Shown: one piece after another, positions 57,501 through 64,000 of the stretch
Position numbering within the stretch: the first letter of the stretch is position 1
Layout of the letters: every line of letters starts with the position of its first letter
Assembly: GCA_905178155.1 (NCBI GenBank)
Contig: CAJINV010000009.1
Location: 2,953,373 to 3,017,372 of the forward strand
DNA: 64,000 bases
DNA from: Amoebophrya sp. A120
Taxonomy: Eukaryota > Protista > Dinoflagellata
Reading direction: 5' to 3'
The notes under the pieces: generated by a model
The model's database searches: none
The model's input: only the letters and a program-made list of their open reading frames with translations
What the model was told of the DNA's origin: nothing
Translations under genes and position numbers: made by a program

Positions 57501-60500
57501 AGCTTTTTTGCCTTTTTTTAGCTTCCGACCGATGCCAAGAAGCTGGAAAAGCAGCTTCTTCAGATGCAGAGTGGCACTTTTTACGATGCAAAATGGTCTT
57601 CCATTGATGAGCATTTGTGACGTTTTTCGACAGTGGCGCCATTGTTGCCGCTGTGATTCAGGCCGTCCAAACCAACAAGAGGGCGTCTTTGTCGGGCTCC
57701 GGAAGTCTATGACTTGCAATACGGCTTTTGTTCGGGGCTGGATATTTTCACTTCGTAGCGGGGGGGCGGGCATCCCAAATATCTCGCTTTTGCATCACCT
57801 ATAGACACCCAGAAGCCTCTTTCTGTATTCGTGAAGGCGTCGAGCGACCCTATTCCACATGCCAAAGGCACACAGCAGGCACGCACGCGCGCGACTATGT
57901 AGAAGAAGCGAACGCTCAGACTACTTGTAAATCCGGGCGCCGAATGCAAGCTACTTCATTGCAAATCATAGAGCGAGAAAATGATCTCCGTTTCCCATAC
58001 TCGCTTCAAGGAGCAGCTGCAAGAACATGATCTCCATTTCCCACACGCGCTTCCCGGAGCAGCCTGGTGTGTCCGTCTCCTCACCTCTCCGTCGCCGGCC
58101 CGGGTCCTAGCTAATGATGAGCTGAGCATGCTAAAAATGAATCAAGCTATTTTTGTAAAGTAGCTACTTTTAGTGAAATCATCGGAGTCGACGTTTTGCA
58201 ATTTTTCATCGAAAGTAGCTACTTTTGCGAAAAATGAAAAACCAAAAAAAAAGTGGTAATTTTATGCAAAAAAGTTGGGTAGCGCACTTACGAGTTGAAA
58301 ACTTACGTTTTGAGGGGGCCATATCAGCACCACAAATTTTCCAAACTGAATAGCTCAAATTTGTGTTGCAAAGGAGCCCAACAGCAGCCGGATCTCTTAT
58401 GCAAAAGACACCTTGCGCACCTAGATTCTGCACCAGAAAGGCTCGCAATCCTTTCATGCATCAAGACAAAAAGCTTTTATTTGGAAACTTTGCATGAGAA
58501 ACTTTTGTAACTTCCGGGGTGGGGGCATTTTTCATTGCAGTACTACCGTCGTCCAGTTTTGTGACCGCTTGCGACGCGGAGCTCGTCGACATCCAAGCGG
58601 TGTTTAAGGCTGCGGATTGGGCGGACGTGGCCTGGATGCCAAACTCGACGTAGACTCTCGCGTTAGTAGTCGATCCAGATGACTCGGTAGACGATTTGGC
58701 TGTCTTGCGGAGAAGCTGCACGGCAGAGAGAATCGGTCGCTGGTCTTTCGGTCCTCGACGTAGTTCAGCATTGATACTGTTTTGCTTTTGGACGACGTGA
58801 TTTCTACTATTACTTTCTTCCTCATACCGCAGCACCCTGGTGCTTGTGTTTCTTCTCTTCTTTCCCGCCGCTGCGGGTGAACCACGAACATCTTCCCCTT
58901 TTTCCAGAAACGAAGCCGATGACCCTCCGTCCGCGGATATCTCCGAAATAAAAGCCGCTGCGGCGGAAGAACTAGTAGGGCTCCCAACGCTCCACGCTAA
59001 ATTCAATGACACAACTTGATCCTCGGTTAAATCACTAACCCCGCCCTCGTCCTGGAACCACTTCACAATCCCAGTCCGCAGCGCGTTCTTGAACCTATGG
59101 ATTGCAAAAATGTCTGGGTCTGGATCTGGAAGATTGTCATGCTAAATCCGAATCATGCAAAAATCTGTGTTGCATGAGTGCCAAAAGCTGTCCACTTTCG
59201 ACCAAGGAAGTTGGGAGGGAGTTTCTCATGCAGGATAGGCATGAAAGAGACCTCACAGACTCTGTCATGCTAGGTCCTGCATTCCAGACCTCAAGGGTCC
59301 TGGAAAACCTGCATGACAAGTTTACACTCTTCCAGACCCAGACACTTTTGCATTTGATAGAACCCTGCGTCAGACAAAACCGCTTGCAAATCGCCCTGCG
59401 CCGAGCCGGAGCCGCTATTCGCCAAATCCAACCCAAGGTCGACTTTCCGCAACTGGACGTCTTGCCTCGCTTGAGTGTGCTTCTTGATCACTAAGTTCTC
59501 AATACCCGCGGCCGCCACTTCATCCTGCTCGACGTGAACCAAAGCGGAATACTCCCCCTCGTCGTCGTCCACATGCTTCCAAATGTCATCAACCGCCTGC
59601 TTCTGCTCATCCGAGTTCGTTTGGATTTCGAAATGAACATCCAGCGTTTCGTCCTTTTTTGTCGCGTTGTAATCGGTGAGGACGAAAATGAGAACCTGAT
59701 TTTCCTCCAAATGCAGACTATCAAATGCAAAAATGTCTGGGGCTGGGAGATTCTGAGACTTGTCACGCACGTTTTGCATGAGCCATGATGTCTGTGATGC
59801 ATGCCGTAGCATCACAGATTTTTCGGGGGGTTCTTAATGCCTATTTCGCATGACAAATGCCCTATCCGCGTAGCAAAAATTGCATTCCCTTTGCTACTCA
59901 TGCAATACAAATTTTTTTGGAATCCAAATGCAGCATCACAAGTTGCATTCTTCCACCAGACCCAGACATTTTTGCATTTGATACAGACTGTCGTCCGTGA
60001 GTTTCATGTTGGTGTAGTCAACCACGCCCTTTTTGATCGCTTCTTCAAACGTAATGTTGTGCGCCGCAACAGTGACGTTCTCGTCGCTTGGTGCTGTTTC
60101 GAGGAACTGATGATGTTGCAATTTGCCAAGGCGCCTCGATGTTGTTTTCGCCAATAAGCTGCTGAGCGAAGATGAGTCACTTTCCGTCAGTTCCAACTCT
60201 ACCTCGAAGCCCCCGGAAACCTCGGATTTGGTGGGCGACGGACTGGGGGACGGGCTTGGCGATGGGGATGGGGATGCTGGTGTTGGAGATACTGGTGCTG
60301 GTGTTGGCGCCGCTGTTGTAGTCGTCGAGGTTGTACTTGTTGTGGTTGTAGTGGGCAAAACCGGATAGAGCTTCAAGTTCAAACTAGTAATATTCGCCAG
60401 ATCCACTTCGTACTGTTCCAAATCGACCAACGCCCCGTACTCGCTACTACTCAAATCCGCTACCATGTTCCAGATTTCTTCCACTTTCTCCGCCTGCCGC

Positions 60501-63500
60501 ACGGTCAACGACTGTTCATTCATCAGACTGCTGTCGATCTCAAAGGTAACGGTAATTCTCGGCTCAGAAATAGTGCTGGCGTCCGACTCGTTGACGTGTA
60601 AATTCCTGACTTGTTGCTCGGTCAGTTTCAAATCAACTTCTACTATCTTGTCGTTCGTGAAGCTAAAAACGCCTTTCTTCATGGCGTCCTGCAAAGCCGG
60701 GTCGTAGAGAACGTGCTCCGCGATGTGGCCAGGACCGGCGGATACTTTTTGAAAAAACGACGACGATGATGATGTACTAACAACAACCTCCGCCATCAAC
60801 ATCTCGAACTGTTTCATCTGCAACAAATGCACGCAATAGGTTTTGTCACTACTCACTTCGTACGAAGCGTCCACACACGATTCGCACTTCTGCGCGTCTT
60901 GCGCCGGACAATCTACCCCCTTCGCGCCGACCCCGAACCCGCACTGGCAGACGTTTTCGTTGCACCGCCCCTGCGGATCGCTGGTACTCTCGTGATACCC
61001 CGCGTCACAGTTGCCGCAAAGCTCCGTGTTGTGCACCGTGCAATTCTTTCCCGCCGCGGCGATTCCGTGGTTGCAGGTACAGATGTTGACTTCACACACA
61101 TCAACATTCAAGTGGTACCCGGCGAAACACGAGCTGCAGATCTCCGCGTGGTCCCCCGTACACGCGGCGCCGGTCGCGGGCACGCCGTTGGTGCATTGAC
61201 AGATAAGGACGGTGGAAGTCGTGGATGTCGTCGATGTCGTTGTCGAGGTGGTTGTCGTCGCCGTACACACTTTGCTCCCCGCGACCATCTCGTACTCGTC
61301 GGCGCACACGGTGCAGATTTCCATCTGGTCGCCGGTGCAAGAAGTCCCGGTCGCCGGCTGGCCGTGGGCGCACGTACACAGGTTGTTCAAACACTCGCCG
61401 GCAGTTGTGCCCTGTCCTGTTCCTAAATGGAATCCCGCATTATGCATTGCAAATATGTCTGGGTCTGGAAGAATGCAACTTGTGATGCTGCATTTGGATT
61501 CCAAAAAAATCTGTATTGCAGGAAGGGCAAAAGAGGTGGTCTCCTTGCTACGCGGAGGGGGCATTTCTCATGCAGTACGGGCATCAGAAAGCCGTCGCAA
61601 TATCTGTGATGCTAGGGCATGCATCACAGACATCGCCGGTGATGCAAAATGCGCATTACAAACTTCCAGACCCAGACATATTTGTAACCCATACGCATCA
61701 CAGCTTTCGCACTTCTCCGGCGTCGGGCTCGCGTCGCACTCCGTGCCGGTTATCAGGTGCAAAAACGTCTGGGTCTGAATGAATGCAGAACTTTGTCATG
61801 CATCTTTTGGATCGCGCAAATGGTCTCTAATGCACGCAAAAGCATTACAGATTTTGCACAGGCCTCCATTTGATGCCTAATCCGCATGAGAAATTCCCTA
61901 TTTGCGTAGCAACAAATGGCCAGCTCTGGGCGTTCACGCAATACAAGTTTTTGCCTATTCCAGAATCGGCATCACAAGTTGCAACCTTCCAGACCCAGAC
62001 AACATATTTGCATTTGATACCGGTCTTCGGCGTGCCGTTGGCGCAGGCGCAGGAAGCGGAGCTGTCGAGAGCGGGCGGTGTTGTGGTGGTTGTCCCTGCT
62101 GGTGCTGCCGTCGTTGCATAAGCCACGCAATGCGAACTCGCGCTGTCTAGGTAGTGGCCACTGTCACAGTGCACGCACTTCTCCTCCAGGTTGTTCGTAC
62201 ACTCTGTGCCGGCCGCCGGAGTCCCGTAGGCGCAGGTGCAAATTGGTGATGATGCTCCCACTCCGCCAGTCGTGTTACCATTCCCGCTGGTTGAACTACT
62301 AGCAACACACGTCATACCACCCCCAACATCCAGCTCGAACCCGGCGTTGCACTGCGCACACTTTTCCGTGTCAGTATCCCCGCAGTCCGTTCCCGTTGCG
62401 GGTGTGCCGTTGGTGCAAGTGCAGTGATCGGTCTTCAACTCGGTTGAAGATGATTCTCTACTGGAATAAATGGAAGACGACCCCGCATGACCGTCGAGAT
62501 GACTTTCGTTCTCTTCCAAAAGAGACATCGAAGAGACCGCGGCCTGTTGTGCAGCGGGGGTTGTAGTACTCGAGCTGGTGCTAGTCGTCGTTGAGGTTGT
62601 CAACACCGCCTTGTGCTTCTCGTCCTGGGAACAGTCATGCACCACCTCCGCCAAAAGCTCGTGCCGGAAGATTTTTTCCATGCAGGAGTCGTAAAAGGCG
62701 TTCGCGTTTGCGCAACAGGGATCTACTCCCGACGTAGAACTAGTAGTTGTACACTGCCCACCCGTTCCTTTCCCGCTGTTGTACCTCTGCTGGCAGGTCT
62801 CGCATGGAGAGAAAAAAGTTTGCCAAAGTCACTAACTTGCAGGCTTTGCATTACAAATTTTTTCAGCGTCGCAACTTCTCCTTGTATTGCAGAAACACTA
62901 GGGAAGTCCATTATGAAGTTTGGCTGTGATGCATTTTTACGCATGACAGAAAAATTTGTATTGCAAAAATGCGCATGAGTGATCGTGACGCACTTTTTTT
63001 GTTTGATATCTCGACCGGCATGCTCACTCCGTTCCAGTTCTTGGTTTCGTAATCTGCTTCCGGCAAATCGTAACACGTTTCCACGAACTCTTTACACGCG
63101 GCGAGACAGTGGGTCGCGTTGGCGTTTACCGTGGTAGTGTCCCCGCTGAATAAATCCGTCACCGGGTCGATCTGCGACATGTGCCAGCATTTTTCCCAGA
63201 TTTTCTCCTCCCTCCGGAACTCGCAATGCTCGCAGTCGGAGCACTTGAAAAACCCGTGTTCCGGTGTATCCGTCTTGCTCTTGTGGCAGTTCCCCCCCAT
63301 AGCAGTGGTGTCGTCGGCCAGGGTCTTCGGTTTGCACCGGTAGCCCTGGTCGAAACGGGCGGGGTCCATGCGCCCGTCCTCCAGGTAGTCGCAGGGGCTG
63401 GTGGTGGCGGAGGCGGGGGGAGGTGTAGTAGCAGACTGTGCATGATGCGACTGTTCAACAACGGCGGAAGCAGTGGGGACCGTTGCGGTAGCGTTTAGCA

Positions 63501-63678
63501 CTGCAGCTTCCGGTTGCGGCTCCGGTACTTGTTCTGCTGCACGAACCAAGGAAAAAGTGCTTGTGCTGCCCAATAGCAACGCTACCCACAACGGACAGAA
63601 TCGCGGGCGAAATGAAATATCCGGCATTTTGACGAGCTGCAGCCGCAGGAACTTATGCCTCTCTGGGGCCGGAAACAT
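45542..63678 (-). CDS. Cys-rich, mucin-like type I membrane (cell-surface) protein; 7 introner introns including one of 12 kb
   Basis: Signal-like N-terminus (PLWVALLLGSTSTFSLVRA), repeated CxCxxGxxAxGxxC...ExCxxCxxGY units, Thr/Pro linkers, transmembrane segment AIIGGACVGIGLLVLMVVVLA and an acidic tail. All seven junctions are in frame, including KLDDG|SAAYTSLLADIS|VEVANV across 46503-58542. Confidence 0.82.
46207..46463. mobile_element. Introner, family A
   Basis: tatcaactgtaaaaatgtctgggtctggaa...catttttgcacttggta; TSD ggata/ggata. Confidence 0.9.
46597..58323. mobile_element. 11.7-kb GC-rich giant palindromic (foldback) element
   Basis: Ends tatggccccctcaaaacgtaag.../...cttacgttttgagggggccata; perfect TSD tcagc (46592-46596 and 58324-58328); arms clearly align from 46597-50560 to 54362-58323 and more weakly inward; central hairpin at 52410-52516. 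Confidence 0.9.
52410..52516. repeat. Central inverted repeat: 42-bp arms (1 mismatch) and a 23-nt loop
   Basis: aatttgtgtggagcgcacttacgagttgagaaaagtgcagca / tgctgcatttttctcaactcgtaagtgcgctccacacaaatt. Confidence 0.92.
59096..59359. mobile_element. Introner, family A
   Basis: tatggattgcaaaaatgtctgggtctgga...cacttttgcatttgata; TSD gaacc/gaacc. Confidence 0.92.
59719..59983. mobile_element. Introner, family A
   Basis: tatcaaatgcaaaaatgtctggg...cccagacatttttgcatttgata; TSD cagac/cagac. Confidence 0.92.
61441..61693. mobile_element. Introner, family A (opposite orientation to 59719-59983)
   Basis: tatgcattgcaaatatgtctgggtctggaa...catatttgtaacccata; TSD cgcat/cgcat. Confidence 0.92.
61751..62019. 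mobile_element. Introner, family A
   Basis: tatcaggtgcaaaaacgtctgggtctg...catatttgcatttgata; TSD ccggt/ccggt. Confidence 0.92.
62803..63008. mobile_element. Introner (TIR intron)
   Basis: catggagagaaaaaagt...actttttttgtttgata; TSD tctcg/tctcg; joins SMPVE|TCQQRY...YDSCMEKIF. Confidence 0.82.
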
Positions 63679-64000
63679 CTTTTCTGCAGAAATAATTGGA
63701 GATCATTCGGCTCACGGTCCGTAAAGTTTTCGCGGCTCCGCTTTACAACTACAACAGCGGTTTTCTGCAATACAGATTCGTTTAAGTATTCACAGGAACG
63801 ACGAAAGAAACGCACTCGACACCCCGAGCACCAAAGAATTGCCGTTGGAATCGCTTTTCCTATAATACTAAAACCCCCTCTGCCTCTGCTTATAGCTTTT
63901 TTGCATTCTCGCGTACATGAAAGAAGTCTGCAGTCCTTTCCAGTTCCTCATCCCTCCTCTCAAGCCAAGACCCGAGCGGGAGGTTTCTCGGGAACATAAT

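Larger units (their letters stand above)
46503..58542. mobile_element. Introner expanded to 12 kb by the nested giant palindrome
   Basis: tattacagtgaaaaatgcccccacccc...ggggtgggggcatttttcattgcagta; TSD cttcc/ctacc; flanking exons in frame. Confidence 0.85.

Noticed and set aside
46597-58323. Giant palindrome as an amplification or assembly fold-back artefact
   Set aside because: The arms differ substantially, the element is bounded by a perfect 5-bp TSD, and the host introner and gene resume correctly on the far side.
46597-58323. GC-rich structured region as rDNA or another RNA gene
   Set aside because: No conserved SSU, LSU, 5S or tRNA signature sequences were seen.
693-61778. Plus-strand ORFs overlapping the real genes (e.g. 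693-1283, 30248-30958, 60827-61426)
   Set aside because: Antisense shadows of minus-strand coding exons; introner removal was verified to restore the minus-strand frames, which carry all the recognisable motifs.
1246-62019. Recurring ctgggtctggaa / ttccagacccag and ggaaaaatcccccctcccc repeats as a CRISPR array
   Set aside because: They occur as dispersed inverted pairs 250-330 bp apart with TSDs, not as direct repeats with regular spacers; no cas genes are present and the context is eukaryotic.
1217-62150. Many short ORFs sharing peptides such as CKNVWVWK, FQTQTFL, LPDPDIF and RKNPPSPY as a protein family
   Set aside because: These are translations of introner TIRs in different frames and strands; they are not coding.

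Overview
Eukaryotic genomic DNA, most consistent with the parasitic dinoflagellate Amoebophrya (Syndiniales). That assignment is inferred from the non-canonical introner-type introns, compact genes and single-strand gene cluster. About 10 protein genes, all on the minus strand. Roughly 36 short (150-340 bp) elements interrupt the coding sequences. They have terminal inverted repeats, mostly 5'-TAT...ATA-3' ends, and 5-bp target-site duplications (TSDs). At every junction I translated by hand, removing the element plus one TSD copy restores the reading frame, although there is no GT-AG. The genes are: a low-complexity protein of about 2,950 aa or more with at least 20 such introns; a putative glycosyltransferase; a Pro/Gln-rich protein; a histidine phosphatase; an AlkB-like dioxygenase; four intronless tandem paralogs (integrase-repeat plus MepB-like fold); one hypothetical protein; and a Cys-rich type I surface protein. 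Two introners carry large nested insertions. One is a 3.7-kb Helitron-like satellite-bearing element. The other, the most striking feature, is an 11.7-kb GC-rich giant palindrome (46597-58323) with the same TAT...ATA ends and a perfect 5-bp TSD, centred on a 42-bp-arm hairpin that repeats its terminal motif. I found no recognisable transposase.
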